From NCBI GenBank assembly GCA_003971905.1, contig RSEE01000048.1, positions 62,001-126,000 of the forward strand: a stretch of DNA of 64,000 bases, given 5' to 3'. Under the pieces are notes generated by a model, which saw only the letters and a program-made list of their open reading frames with translations, made no database searches and was not told the origin of the DNA. Positions 1 to 13,062 of this stretch are shown one piece after another. The stretch comes from Moniliella sp. 'wahieum'. Taxonomy: Eukaryota. The first letter of the stretch is position 1. Each line of letters starts with the position of its first letter. Made by a program: the position numbers and the translations under genes.

Positions 1-775
1 CATGAACTAGAGCAGACGATGCTGTTGGAGGCCATTCGGCGTTCTTTGGTTGATCACGACGAGGAGGAACGGTGGAGAGCAAATCGAGAACGTACGAGCC
101 CCACTGCGACGGAAGATACTGCGCGGGACGAAGGTTTCTCTGTGGAGCAGGTCTCTTTCCCACCCCCTAGCCCTCCTGAGCTCTGGCGAGAATGTGAGCG
201 AGTCGGTTCAGCCTCGCCTGCTCCAAAGTTATCTGGTACCGATGGCTATTTGCACAACCCACCTCATTCCCTTACCGTTCCTACAAGACCCTTCAATGAA
301 GATTATTGATACCTCTCTTCATGAGGCGGTGGAGGCACTTTCTCGCATTCCACCGACTTTTACCATGCCAGAGGGGGTATCTTCCGTCGAGCTCTCTTGG
401 GTATTATCGGTGTTGTAACGCCATCTTGCCTTTGCCTCTTCTCCAAGTCCCGCAAGTCTTCAACTGCCGCCTGTATCGAAGGTATAAAATACGGTGGAAC
501 ACACATGTTTACAGGCCCAACAGATGGGCAATAGGCCAAAGGGCAAGGGTGGTATTGATTTGTTCCATCACGTCCTGCACCCTGTATTTCTAACATTTGA
601 GGTGTGGGCGCCTATTAGGACGGGGTGGGGAGGGGGTCTTCCTCGCCGCCCAAGGCTTTCACACTGCAGTCGCCGGGGGTATTTCCCGTTCTTGGGACAC
701 AGCTAAAGAGAAGTGTCCCAGTCGGAGGTCCATGCTCTTCCACTCATCGTTGTCAACTGAAGAGGCACGACGAAA

Positions 776-840
776 TCTCATCTCATCTCATCTCATCTCA
801 TCTCATCTCATCTCATCTCATCTCATCTCATCTCATCTCA
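776..840. repeat. (TCTCA)13 microsatellite
   Basis: 13 perfect TCTCA units read directly; they produce the spurious ISSHL repeats in overlapping ORFs. Confidence 0.97.
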
Positions 841-3800
841 TCCCCCCTGGCGAGGCCCACCCCGTGACACAAACAGTATATCATAGACAAGGGGGAAAGC
901 ATGATGGACATCATGATCACGGAGATGCGGGGTAGTGGAGCTTGGAAACTTTATTATATAGGCGTGTAAGCTTGAACCTTGAAGTCTGAAGATAAGCTGG
1001 GAAAGGTCGCGGGTCACTTCTCACAACGAAGAGATGATCACTCATGATCGACAAGAATATAGCGCGCAAGCTCTATCGTATATCATCTCACTAACCAGCA
1101 CTACTAAGTACTAAAGGTCTATCCTTTCCGAGAAGAAGGTGGAAATGGCTCCGTCACGTCTTATCACAGACAGTGCTTCCCTCATGGTGTACGGATTGCT
1201 CGTATATACAAATGGGCCTCCGGGGCTCCGCACGTTTGCTGAGTGCGATAGAGACATATGGGACGTGTGAGGAGCTAGATTACATTTGCTTGGCAGAACG
1301 TCATGCAGTTCGCCTCAACATGATAGCTCCCTCAGGCCTCATGAATGAGCCGCGTGGGCTTTATGCGTGCGGGCCTGGGTGCTGACCAGCGATGAGCCTA
1401 AGCGCTGCGACGCAACGAAGACGATGCTGCAAGTATCCATGCATGAAGTGTATTCCCGTCAGAGACGAGGTATCTGCGTTTTCAGCCCGTGGCGGTCGCT
1501 ACTACCGCCTGCAGCTCGATGCGAAAACTGATTTTTGGCCGTTCCCTACTATACACCTGCCATGTTTTTTTCCACAATTCTCCGTGTCTACACTTCAAAT
1601 CGCCACAGCCGGTTAGCCCAGCCTCCGAGACGGGATATCGCGTTCACACCCCGTGGCTGTTCCTATGAACGCCTACAGCCCGTTCCGAACGCTGTGATTT
1701 GGCGGTCCCCTATAGAAACAGGGTGCGGCACTTGTCCTCTTTTTTTGGGAACTGCGTTTTTGCACTCCCGCCGCAGATGAGTTTGGCTTAAGTTGTTGGA
1801 CTCAGCTGAGACGCTGCGGGGGATCGCCTCTCCCATATTTCTGGACGGGAACGTACACGTCAGCTGCTCAAAGTGCTTCCGGAAGGATATGAACTACATC
1901 TTTACCCTTTCGACCGTCCTCGGCGAAATAATTCTTCGACTATTTCTCTCTGCACCCCTGCAGACTGAGGCTGGCGGGGTTTTGGTAGAACAGCATATAT
2001 ATCAGGACATGGTTTTGGGGAAGGAATACCACTCTTCTAATTGAGCCGAGAACAAGAGGCGAGTGTTAAGGGGCGGGCCATCACCTCCTCCGATAAAGAG
2101 TCCTGCATTTGGCAGAACTCGATCTGACCCCAATCCACACCATCCGTCGTGATAGACAAATAGTGCGTCAGAGAGAGTCGGCGGGCACCTTATCGATGCT
2201 GCCCATATCCTCCACGGCTGCCCATGGTCGCCAACAATCGAAGATACAATGCTTATTAGTATACTCGTATTGCCCATATCATCATATTGACAGAATCCAT
2301 TGTCTACTGTACCCGACTCTTGCGAATCGTCTGCGCCGTTGAAAGGATGGGCTGGGTTTTAGCTGTTACCCGCTGTAGGGCTCCTATGTCCTGCTTTTAT
2401 ACCTGTCCTGATCTCTTCAGTATATTCACAGCCCTATCTAGTAGGGTTTTTGTATATAGCTCTGTTGTGTGGTCCTCATCGGCCAATCTGTTTCCTATCG
2501 ACCACAACCTGTCATCGACAGACCATATGCGTTTCCACCAATTAACCCTGGCTTACAGACCTTGGTCGTTTATCCCATTTATACCTTTCACCCTTGGCTT
2601 CTCTGTTACCTCACCTTGTCGCGGTAGCACTTCAAGGCGTGTGATGATTATACATCAGGGCGCTCTTGACCTTTACATTTACTTTGGGTTTGGTTTCTAT
2701 CCGCATAATCCCGCGTTGATGGTGGTAACGGTAAGGCAGCAGCAGCATTACTACCCCGGAGTTCCTGGACCCTTTAATTCATCTGGTTTTACCGGGGATG
2801 CGCACGTGGCTCCGCCGTCGGAGACTCTGATCAGCGCTCAGCAGGCTTCGCAGGGGCTTCGCCGGAAAGCACACAGAATCTATGGTGGGTCTCTTTTTCC
2901 CCTCTACACCCGGTTGGTTCTGTTACTGAATCTGAACCCGAGCACATGCCATGCGTGACTCTCATTGACCGTCCAAAAGAGTTTATACACCTATACACAA
3001 AAGTGACGGCCTTCTATCAGCTCCCTCCCCATCGCCACTCTGAACGTGGTTAGGGGCATGGGTGCGATGAACCATAGTTTCCGAAACTAACATCATGCAT
3101 GAACTAATTGCTTTTTGGTCGTGGTGGCCATACAACCTTACAAATACCACTACTAATGGATCGAGGAGTTCCAAGCTTGGCTGTAAAGACATGTGACCGT
3201 TTGATGAACCACATATCTCATCGCGCGTGAGCGACTTGATCATTCAAGCTAGTGAAGAAGAGTGTCGCTATATCTGTGGAGATTTCTCTTGCATTTATTC
3301 GCTGGCCGCGATAGCCAGATGGGCTAGGGAGGCTCATAAATAGACTGTTACTTGTAGTAGGAAAAACGATCTGTGGAAAATGGTTCAAGTGGGAATCAAA
3401 TCTCATACACAAAACTCCGCAGCCACGCGCTGCTGCACCTGAGCGGCTGATCTCCCTCTCTCACCGGTCACCGGCCACCTGTCACATGTCGCGTGCCACA
3501 GATAACGTGCAACGTTCAACGTTCAACGTTCACACGTTCACAGTTCATGTAGTTGAAGTTCAACGTTCAGATTCAGATCTCAGACGTTCATCGATCAGCG
3601 GTTACCGGTCACCGACCACCGACCATCAGCGACCATCGACCACCACATTATGGCCGCAAGCACAGTAATTCAGCTTTCAGTCGCTGAGGCCTGAGGGCCT
3701 GAGGCGTAGTAGGACGCAGCGCTCACATGTTGCCGAGATCTGAACGCGAGGCTGATCCGGGTATTCTGTGTAGCCAACGTGCGGCAGCGTGCGGCTACAA

Positions 3801-6800
3801 GCCGCTTGACGCGTAACGCGTAACGTCTTCTATGGCGCAACATTTATTGGCTGACTTTACTGGACCAGGCTCAATTGAACGTCAACGCGTCAACGTTCAA
3901 CCTACGTACATTCAACACTGGTCCAACCTGGCCCAATCCGATCTCAGAACTTAAGAGACCTTTGCCATAAAAGCTAACGGAAGGCAAAAACGGGTACGCG
4001 TGATCGATGATCGATGTGATCCATATCCCATTCCGATCCGAAAAAGTACACGGTGACCGGTGAGCGCGGTGAGCGGTGGTCTTTGATTGATCTTAGAATA
4101 GATCTTCCTTCTTCTTGGCAGGCCTTGGCCTAGATCGAAGGCGTTAGCCATTATTAGCGCTTGGCGCTAAGCTTAGCGTTATAGCTGGGCCAGCATGTCA
4201 GAGCCACTCCCGCCTATACTCCCCCACACTGTGGGTGTTGGCCTCTGCAGTCAACCTCTTTTGTTGCTTGATCCTGACATAATGCAAAACATGCAACACA
4301 GGCGAGCTTGGCATGCGTGGAATGTATACTCCCGAGGGAAGGCGGGAATGGGAGTACCACACCGGGTAAACCGTGGACCCCTCTCACAAGCATCGTTGGC
4401 TTCCCAATATCGCGAACCAGGATGATTCAATGATAGCAAGGTGTCGCCCACAGAGATTACGCGATTATTACGCATTGTGCACAGGATTGCGCTCACATGC
4501 TGCTCACGTGTGTACTATCGTGTGCCCCGCCGCAGTTGTGGAGTTCGGACCACACATCGCTTCTGGACCCCACAATCCCCCCCCTCACAGATTGATGAGC
4601 TGGGTGGCCGGTGGCAACAGAGATATAGGACCAACATAGGAAGCGGGCCACAGTAAACGTAAACGTTAAACTCAGATGCTTATTGGAGCACAGGTGTGGT
4701 ATATAGGACGGTTGTGTGCGACTCATGGAGAGGCAATCGACTATCCCGACTATAGGCTGATCGTGGGAAGGGCGCATGTGGGGGAGGAGCAAAAGACGAC
4801 GACTTTTGGTCCAATGCCACATGTCACAGATCTCAAAGGGAACTATCTGAGAAACTCATCGATAAGTAATCGATATTCATTAATCATTGACTTTTGAACA
4901 CACTGTGACCGAAACTCTACACCATATATCGCTTCCATACCATGGTATACCTGTGCGTGGCGGGCCGGTTCCACCACTTCTGCCCCTGCTTTGCTCGCTG
5001 CCCAAAATACCACGATGCTGGCTGTACAGGATCACGTTTATAGACCAGTAATCAATGAATCAATCTATTAATGCTTGAATTTGAAATTTGATTGATGATC
5101 GGGTGCCGGCGCCCCTGGCTGCGTCATCGATATATGGAGGACAAGGGTACTGAGACACACAGTCCTCGATCCTCAGTGTTATTATACTCGACGCCAATCT
5201 TATAGGATCTAATCGATGAGCCTGAGAGGCATCGACGCACAATGAGAGAGACACCCTGTGGCCTGTTCGATGATCGATGGCCGTGGACTGGTGACTAGTT
5301 TGTCGAAGTAGGAAAACAAGTACACTAAGTACCAACATTGAATATTGATATTGAGCTTGAGCGCTGGGCGGCTGAGCGGAGTGCTGAGCTGAGGCGCCGG
5401 CTGAGGCTGGTGACCGGTGACCGGTGAGCACTGAGCGCGCTGAGCCTCAGCGCTCAGGCTGAACAGCGATCAGTGGCCTCAGGGTGCGGTGCTGTGCCCA
5501 AAGCTCGAAGCCTTTAAGCCTGTGGCCTGCCGGCCCCGAGCGTCCGCGGCAGACGGCAGACCACAAGCTACCACAACAGACCACCCCGGACACCCATGTC
5601 CCCAGACCCCAGACTCCAGACCCTTGGTGTTTCGCCTTGGGTTTGGGACGGGTCCCCTGCCCTCTGTGGCCACATGCATACCTGGCACCAGCGCAGTGCC
5701 ACCAGCTGGGGCCAGAGTGCAGTCCACGACATCTGAGATCGGAATCAGGAATTTGAACGCAGCCGAAGGCGACCCCACGCCGAAGTCGGTGACATGTGCC
5801 ATTGTGAAGCCTATGCGCTTATGAAGCTTGGAGTACCGCATATCACAGCACATGTCGGCGCCAGCCATTAATGTCAGCCGAGTGTTGCGTCGCTTGAAGG
5901 GCTGGTACTCGCTAAGCGCTGGGGCATGCAACGTGTATCCATCCCATTTCTCACGGCTTGAAGGCGCATGCGGGGTTGAACGTTGAACGTTCGTTGAGCG
6001 TATGCTGGGTACTTTTTGAGCCCAGAGTAGGAGTACCGAGTCTCGTCTTCGTGACTGCGATACGAGTACTGAGGCTCAGGACGGAGTACTCACTGAGTAC
6101 TGAGTACGTTGAGACGTTGAGTGCAAATGAGTTCGGTCTTGAAGCTGCAAGAACGTTCAAGCGTGAGAATATTGGGGCCTCCCTTTTGATGAGGCCCTGA
6201 AGAGTGCGCTTGAGAAATTGCCAGTCCGGGGCCTGTGGCCAGAGTAACTCAGACTGAGTACTGAGACTCTGAGGAAGACCCCTGCGGCTCAGCACTTCCT
6301 AGAGTGGCATGTCGCAGTCCCTAAAATCACTAACCACTAGCTCCACCGGCCATGTCACTAGCGCCAGTCATTAAGTCATTATTCGTCACGAGTCACTGAG
6401 TACTGGCCAGTGAAGATAGTGAAGTCACTATTAGCTAGCCGCTGTGTACACGTACACCGGTGGCGGTCGGCCTGCACAGCAAGACATCCTCGCCCGCTGC
6501 TGCGCTGGTGCCTGCTGCGGCTGGGTGCCTTGCAGCCACTGGCAAATGGCGGCTAGCACCTGGCAGCTGGCCAGCGAACATGCGTGCGCACTACGTACAG
6601 CGCGCACCGTCCCGCGGAACACCCGGCTGATGCCCCAGAGCGGGTACGCAATAGGTAGGGTCGCTTGGCTGCACCCTACCCCACCCACACTGGTGCCGTG
6701 CCTCCCTCCCCCCCCAGCAATTTGCCAGACAGCCCTGCCGTCTGGGTGCTCCTAGCAGCGCATATCTTCCAGCCCTCTCTGTGGCCAATAAAACCGCTGA

Positions 6801-6904
6801 CAAGCTGCGCACGGCTTGCCTCCCATCGTCCGCCTTCCCGCGCCCCCGCCCCCTCCCCCCCTCCATCTTCTTCTTCTGCCCCATCCTCGGCACATTCTTC
6901 TGTC

Positions 6905-9762
6905 ATGGATACCGGCCCTGTTGCAAGCAGCATCACCGCTTCGAGCGCCCCCCTTCGGCCGTCAAGCCACCATCTGGATCGTCCGCAGCATGCGCCCTTG
7001 CCACCCCCTCCCTTGCCCCCATCCGCCTCTCCTCGCACGCCTTCCATGCCTCCCAACTTCACTCCCTTGCTGCCGCGACGCGTTCATGGCCACCATTCCG
7101 GCCACGCTAGTGCCTTTGTTCCCAACACAAGTATTACCCGTGTTCGTTCCAACACGGTCACCTTCCCTACCACAGTGGCACCGCCAGTCCTGATGACACC
7201 GTCGCTGGCCCCCTCCACGCCGCATCTCGCAAAGTACTTGCTCTCAAGGCGGCCACTGCGCCGGGAGACGCTTCTGGCGCTCTCCAGCTTGACATCAACA
7301 ACCTCCCCCCAGCTGAAGGTGTCTCCTCTTGGAACCGGGATGGTGATCCAGTTGCGGGCGTTGGAACTACGATCCGCAAAAAGTCAGGCGAAGTGGTCAA
7401 ACCATCGCTCAAGTGGCGCCCGGCAAGCGCACATCCCTCCATTCGTGCTGGGGGCTTCGGCGGCCGATTTTCGTGCCCCGCTCACCCCGAGAGCTATACC
7501 AAGAGTATGCCATCCAGCCCAGCTGTGAAAGCGGTGCACTTTAATCACGACTTGGAACAGGTGAAAGTCTTCCGGCATCGTTCTCGGCCCTCGGCAGTAA
7601 GCGCTACGGCAAGCCCTGAGCACACCGAGACCGAAACCGAGACTGAGACCGAAGCTGGTGTGGCCTATCCCTACTTCGCCATGCTTCCTTCTGCTCGATT
7701 GGGTAACCGTCCGTGGGGGCCCCAAGGCAGTGGGGACCCCTTGCGTGATGGTGGTGGGCGTGCGTTGGCCAACAAACTGCGTTCGCTCACTGTGCCGCCT
7801 GCTTGGGCAAACGGTCTCGTGCTCCGTTTGCCCAACTTCCCTTCGTCGGCTCATCTTTCTGCCGACCGACCTGTGTTCCTTGAGCGTATTGTCCTCGCGG
7901 ACGATCTACGAAGCATAAAGGGTACTGCCCAAGTCAAGAATCTCTCATATGAAAAATGGGTTGCTGTCCGATTCACAACAACAACTGGGTCACCGTCAAC
8001 GAAGTGGGGGGAACGTACCAAGAGACGATCAAGAATGGTCAAGCTGACCGGTTCACCTTTTCCATCCGTCTCAATGAGCTGCTTGACTGGCCTGCCAGTC
8101 AAACCAACTCGGACACGAAGACCATGTCGCTCTGCTTGCGATACAACACAGGGGACCAAGAGTTTTGGGATAACAACAATGGGCAGAACTATCAACTTGA
8201 CTTCCGCAAACGTCCGCCCCACCCTCGGCTCCACGGCTATCTCCCCCCCCACCGTCTTACCGCTGCAGAGAGGGCGGCCATAGCCACGGAACGTGCTGAG
8301 GCTGTTTGGTCTAGCACAGCTACAGCCCCCCGCCTTTCAGCTCTGCCCGCCCGCACCACTGCCAGTCCCAGCATTTCGGAAGGGACAAGTTCGCCTGCCA
8401 TCTGGGGTGCAAGGTACGATTTGGGCGATGCGCTAAGAACTACCACCAAGACTTCAAGCCCTTCCCCTCCCGAAGTGGGCGATTACTTTTCCTGTGCTGC
8501 AGAGCCACCCCTCCCTACATCTAGCTCTCCGGATATATCTCCCACTTCAACCCGGGGTCCTTCGGATACTCTCTCGATGCTTGTTCCCGCCCCTGCCTCT
8601 ACTCAACCGCGTACCCTCCCGGTACCGACTTCGTCCCCACCATCGGGGTCCGATGTTGATGCTCCTCCTGGCAAGCTAGGGCCAAAACAGGAAAGTATCC
8701 CCACCTCATTCAACAGTGTTCGCAGCTGGGGTTCCCGGCACTCAAGCTTTAGCAAGCCTGTGGTACGTTTCCTCTTTCAAATGTATGTTATTGTCCATAC
8801 GGATCATTGACTCTCTCCTGGCATGCAGTCCTCAGTTGTCTGGAATCACAAGACTTCCATGTCTGTTCCGGATATTCTGCCATCTGCCTCCCTCTCCGCT
8901 CCTGCACCATGCCCACCCCATCTCAACGAACTTGCCCGCAACCTCCTCGTCTGCGGTGCGTGTGCCCAGGCAACTGTTGGGGGGCCAGTCTCGCCTCAAA
9001 GATCCCATTCCACCCCCTATTCACACCTCGCCCCCGGCTCTAGCCGCTACCGTTACTCTCATGTTACATGACGGAAGTGGGTCACCTGACTCGACCCCGA
9101 TGCTTTCGGGAGAGAGCAGCGAAGGAGAGTCCCCTTCGCCCATCGTCGGACCGGCCTCTCCGTCGCATAGCCTCCTCTCGCTCAACAGCTTCAACTCCTT
9201 TACCTCTCTCTCCTCTCTCTCGCGGGACACTTCACCCTGTGAAATGGGAGCAAGTCTGCCTCGGGTCCCTTGGTCTACGACGCCCGATCCACTTGGTCTG
9301 GGGCTGGATATGCCACCATTGGGAAAGCCTATGTTCCCCTCGCGCGGTAGGACAAGTTCGCGGACTAGTTCCCCCGACAGTATGACTACCGTTTCGGCCA
9401 CCCCAACCACCCGGTCCGAGACGGGCGACAGGACTATGGCGGCCCCTACCCCCTGTGCTGCGGCCATCGCGGCTCCTACCCCGGCCCCGCCTGTGATAGC
9501 AGCCTCGCTTCCAGATGTTGACGGTTCTTCGGACACGAATACATCCGATCCCGCGTCTGCCTCGACGACCCGCACGACTACGCCTACCCCTAGTCCTGCC
9601 ACGGCCACCAAGCTAGCCTCGACCGGTGCGTTGAGCCTCAGTGATCTTGTCGAGCGCTTTTGCTGGAATTCAGGGTCGGCGGAAACGAGTAGCCGAGAAT
9701 GGACTGCCACTCCGTCCCTGTCCACCTCCCTCCCTTTCCTCACCCACCAACACCTCGACTGA
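6905..9762 (+). CDS. CBM21-domain protein phosphatase 1 glycogen-targeting regulatory subunit (Gac1/Gip2-like)
   Basis: RVxF-type motif KAVHF followed by LEQVKVF. CBM21 signature VFLERIV..IKGTAQVKNLSYEKWVAVRFT..W / DRFTFSIRL / LCLRYNTGDQEFWDNNNGQNY is split across ORFs 7393 and 7956 by a frameshift. S/P-rich tail; probable intron from GTACGT near 8763. Start uncertain. Confidence 0.85.
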
Positions 9763-11113
9763 GCCGTTGATGATGGATCAGGTTGAACATGACTCAGGCT
9801 GAGCCCGTCAGGGTCAGTTTGGCCTGCTCGTCATTTCCATTTCCCTTCATCGATGATCTCATCTCTCATCTCTCATCAACCACGGATTGTTCTTTTCTAC
9901 CGTGTTCACCGAGTTTTCTTTGTCGAGCACGGTTCCTTTCCATCGGCCTGGAACAGCAGAGGCACTATTCTTATCAAGCCCTCTGTTATGCCTGTGGCCT
10001 TGACCTTGTACGCTTATTTTGATGTCCGCAACTGTATTGTTTTTTTTTTCTTTTCGTCTTGGCCCCACCGCTGTGGCTCCTTGCTCTTCGGTGTGGGTCT
10101 TCCCCCTTGTCCCGGCTTGCATTATCGCTTTTTGCCTCCCAACTCTCGATCGTGATGTTCATGAAGCTTTGCTGCGTAGGCGGCACGGCTTACGCGGCAC
10201 GGCTGAGTACGACTGCATTTGCTTTCAATCTTATGAGCCTTGTCTCTTTTGTCTTTTGCTTTTTCTCTTGCCTATCTCTATCGCATCTCGTTCCTCGTCT
10301 CCCAAAACAAGCATTGCGCCCGATCAAATTTTCGTTGTCTATGCAATAAAAAATCATAGCATGTACAAAGAATCGCTGCGCTTAGCAGGGTTGCGCATTC
10401 GGCGTGCATGTGCTGCGTTTTTGCTCGTGCAAGCCCAAAATTAGGGGACCTAGTGAAGTCGCCACCAGGTCGGGCCCTCTGGTTCTATCCCGTCACCCGC
10501 TTCCATAGGATGTGTGGCGCGCCGTGGATTCAAAGATTGAGCGTGGTTTAGCATGTTCGAGCGATGAATCGGTGAACCACCTCCCCCGTAAAATGACTCT
10601 TCAGATCGTCTTCAGTAAAGGTTTGCCACAGTTACTCATTATCTCTTTTGTTGACCGTCTTTTGGTGGCGTATAGGACCCGCGTGTCGTCATGCAATGAC
10701 CGCATGACCAGGTGGCAAAACGATTCCGGTGGAACGAACTTGACATGGTTGCTTTGATGATTTCCGACTTGAGTCTATGCTCCATGGAGCTATAGAAGGA
10801 GAGTGCATGATGCATGACGCGTGACGGTCACTTGGTTACATGTCACGCGTCACGCGTCTCGGTGAGAGGTGAGCCGGTGACATGTGACACAACTTGCTGG
10901 ACTGCGTCTCACATGACGTGCATGATGCGTGATGCACGATGCATGATGTGGCTGCTCACCGTTCCCCATCGCTGAGCCAGAAGCCACACTGGTTGTGCCA
11001 TCCTGCATCCACGCACAGACCAAGAAAACTGGGGATCGGGACGATAATCAGTCCTGGTATACAAGTGTTTGGTTAGGCCTTATGCCTTAGGTCTTGGTTA
11101 AATTGCAGCCTTA

Positions 11114-11454
11114 TCTCTAGGTAATAAAATAGGTTGGTTGCCCTGCACTTTTTACCTCAGCTGCCCCGTGACACGTTCCCAGCCACCCGCAGCCAGAGTA
11201 TCGGTGATATTATTTGCCCTCTCCAGCGTGGAAGGGTTCCAGCGTGGAACGGTAGCGACGGTGGAACGGTGGCTAAGGTGGCGAAGGGGACCGGTGGCTA
11301 AGGTGGCGATGGTGGGCCGGGGGACGTGGCTAAGGTGGCGACGGGGGAACGGTGGCTAAGGTGGCGAAGGGGAACGGTGGCTAAGGTGGCGACGCAGCAC
11401 CATGCTGGGGCGAAGCCCCAGCCGACCGGGCCGTAGGCCCGGTGGTCCTCCTCG
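11114..11454 (+). mobile_element. Non-autonomous Helitron, family 1 (copy A)
   Basis: 5' A|TCTCTAGGTAATAAAA; five GTGGCTAAGGTGGCGA subterminal repeats; hairpins CTGGGGC-GAA-GCCCCAG and CCGGGCC-GTA-GGCCCGG; ends CTCG|T. The 3' part is homologous to the copies at 12795, 13416 and 61700. Confidence 0.75.
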
Positions 11455-11466
11455 TTATCATTATTA

Positions 11467-12792
11467 TCCTTTAGTTCCATATACGAGTACCCATCAAAAT
11501 CCGCCCAACCCTACTGCTCCTTGCCTGCACGTGACGGGGGGGAGGCTTGCTGCGCCAGCTGGCTAATAATCCTTTAGTTCCATATACGAGTACCCATCAA
11601 AATCCGCCAACAACCTACTGCTCCCTTGCCTGCACGTGACGGGGGGAGGCTTGCTGCGCCAGCTGGCTAATAATCGGGCATATCACACCTAAATGACACC
11701 TAAGTCGCGTCGACGCCTCCCTCCACTACCTTACAATGCCCCCCACCCGTGCTCACTGGCGGTGCCCCCCTTGCCGCACCAACGACCACACTCGAGCACA
11801 GTGTGCCTTCAATCCGCGCCGAGAGTTGTGCCGCCACTGCCGGCGCCATGGCCACAGGGCTGCCGACTCCCCACAATGCTTATTTTCGAAGACGGATGAC
11901 CACCCGACGCGTCTCTGACTGGCTCAAAGAGGGGCGGTGGTGCAAATAGTAACCGAGGCACAAGGCGGAGTGGTCGAGAGCAATTGAGGGGGGTGGGGGC
12001 AGGGGGGACAAGAAGGGGATCGGTGGACATGGGAGGGGATGGAGCAAGGATGATCGGTGAATGGCGGGCTCGATCCTTACCCTGGGCCCTGCCAGGAGGC
12101 TCCCTCACCCAGGTTGATGGGGTGCAATCCCTTAGGTGGAGTACTCACGGTAGTTTCAGGTTTGGGCTATTTGGTGGCGAATCCGAGGCGGCTGTACGCT
12201 GCCAAGGCTGCGTATGCGCCGGCTTGGGGTATAACGTGTCTGAAGCGTCCGGGGCTTAGGACGGGTAGGTGCAGTGGAGGGAAAACACTGCCAGGCTGAA
12301 GCTGGGAAGGGGCCGCCGTCGACGTTAGCTGTGAAAGGAACCCACGCGATATGCTGTGGTAGGGGGAATCGCCACGCCACTGAAGGAAAGTTCGCGGCGA
12401 CTGGGCGGATGAGGTTGGATGATGAATAGGGCAGCTAAGTGGAGACGAGAGGTTGCCTGTATTACTCAATCAATTGGCTGGAAACGGTCAGGAGTTGGAC
12501 AAGAAATGTGGGGAAGGGACGAGAATGGAAGGTGGGATTAAAGGAGGATGCTGATTTTGGATGACCGGTGACCCCTGAGGCCTGATGCATGTGATGAGAG
12601 AGAGAAGGGAGATGAAGCGAGCAGGTGCGTGCGCGCCTGCGAGCGGAACTCTTCGCCCGGCTAAGTGAGCGTCACCGATCTACCGAGGGCCGTGCAGGGA
12701 ACCCCAGCATTAGGCACTACTCTCCAACAGAAGCAAGCGAAGGCTGCGAAGGCTGCGAAGCAATAAGAGTATCTTCCGATAGCACTTCCTCG
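11467..12792 (+). mobile_element. Helitron-like element, family 2 (copy B), with tandem-duplicated 5' end and zinc-knuckle ORF remnant
   Basis: Homologous in inverted orientation to 15502-16585. Homology begins exactly at A|TC (TCCTTTAGTTCCATAT vs TCTTCTATTACCATAT) and ends at CACTTCCTCG|T. No TIR or TSD. 3' hairpin only imperfect. Confidence 0.65.
11736..11918 (+). pseudogene. Zinc-knuckle (CX2CX4HX4C) ORF remnant inside family-2 element
   Basis: MPPTRAHWRCPPCRTNDHTRAQC..CRHC; the inverted copy reads MPPARAH-RCPHCRTNDHTGTRCPFNPRPRLCPHC with one frameshift. Confidence 0.6.
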
Positions 12793-13062
12793 TATCTCTA
12801 TACCATACAGAAATACCAACCTACTGGCGTGCCAAGTGTACCACTTCTGCACCAACAGTTTAGGTCAGCATCGCGTAAGCCCCCCGGTGGCGCAGCCACC
12901 GGCCACCGCCAGCCACCAGCAAGCATCGGTATATTATTTTGTCTCTCCAGCGTGGAAGGGTTCCAGCCTGGAACGGTGACCGGTGGAACGTGGCTACGGT
13001 GGCGATGGTGGACCGGGGGAACGGTGGCTACGGTGGCGAAGCGGGAACGGTGGCTAAGGTGG

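Noticed and set aside
597..935. ORFs with ISSHL repeats
   Set aside because: Translation artefact of the (TCTCA)13 microsatellite.
1..5900. Short ORFs in the first 6 kb, and a possible TG..CA unit at 4196-4497
   Set aside because: No recognisable domains; the TG..CA candidate has no direct-repeat flanks. Possibly decayed repeats, but unsupported.
11264..11395. GTGGCTAAGGTGGCGA array as CRISPR or telomeric repeat
   Set aside because: Spacers are only about 9-16 bp and similar to each other, the context is eukaryotic, there are no cas genes, and the array always precedes a Helitron 3' end.
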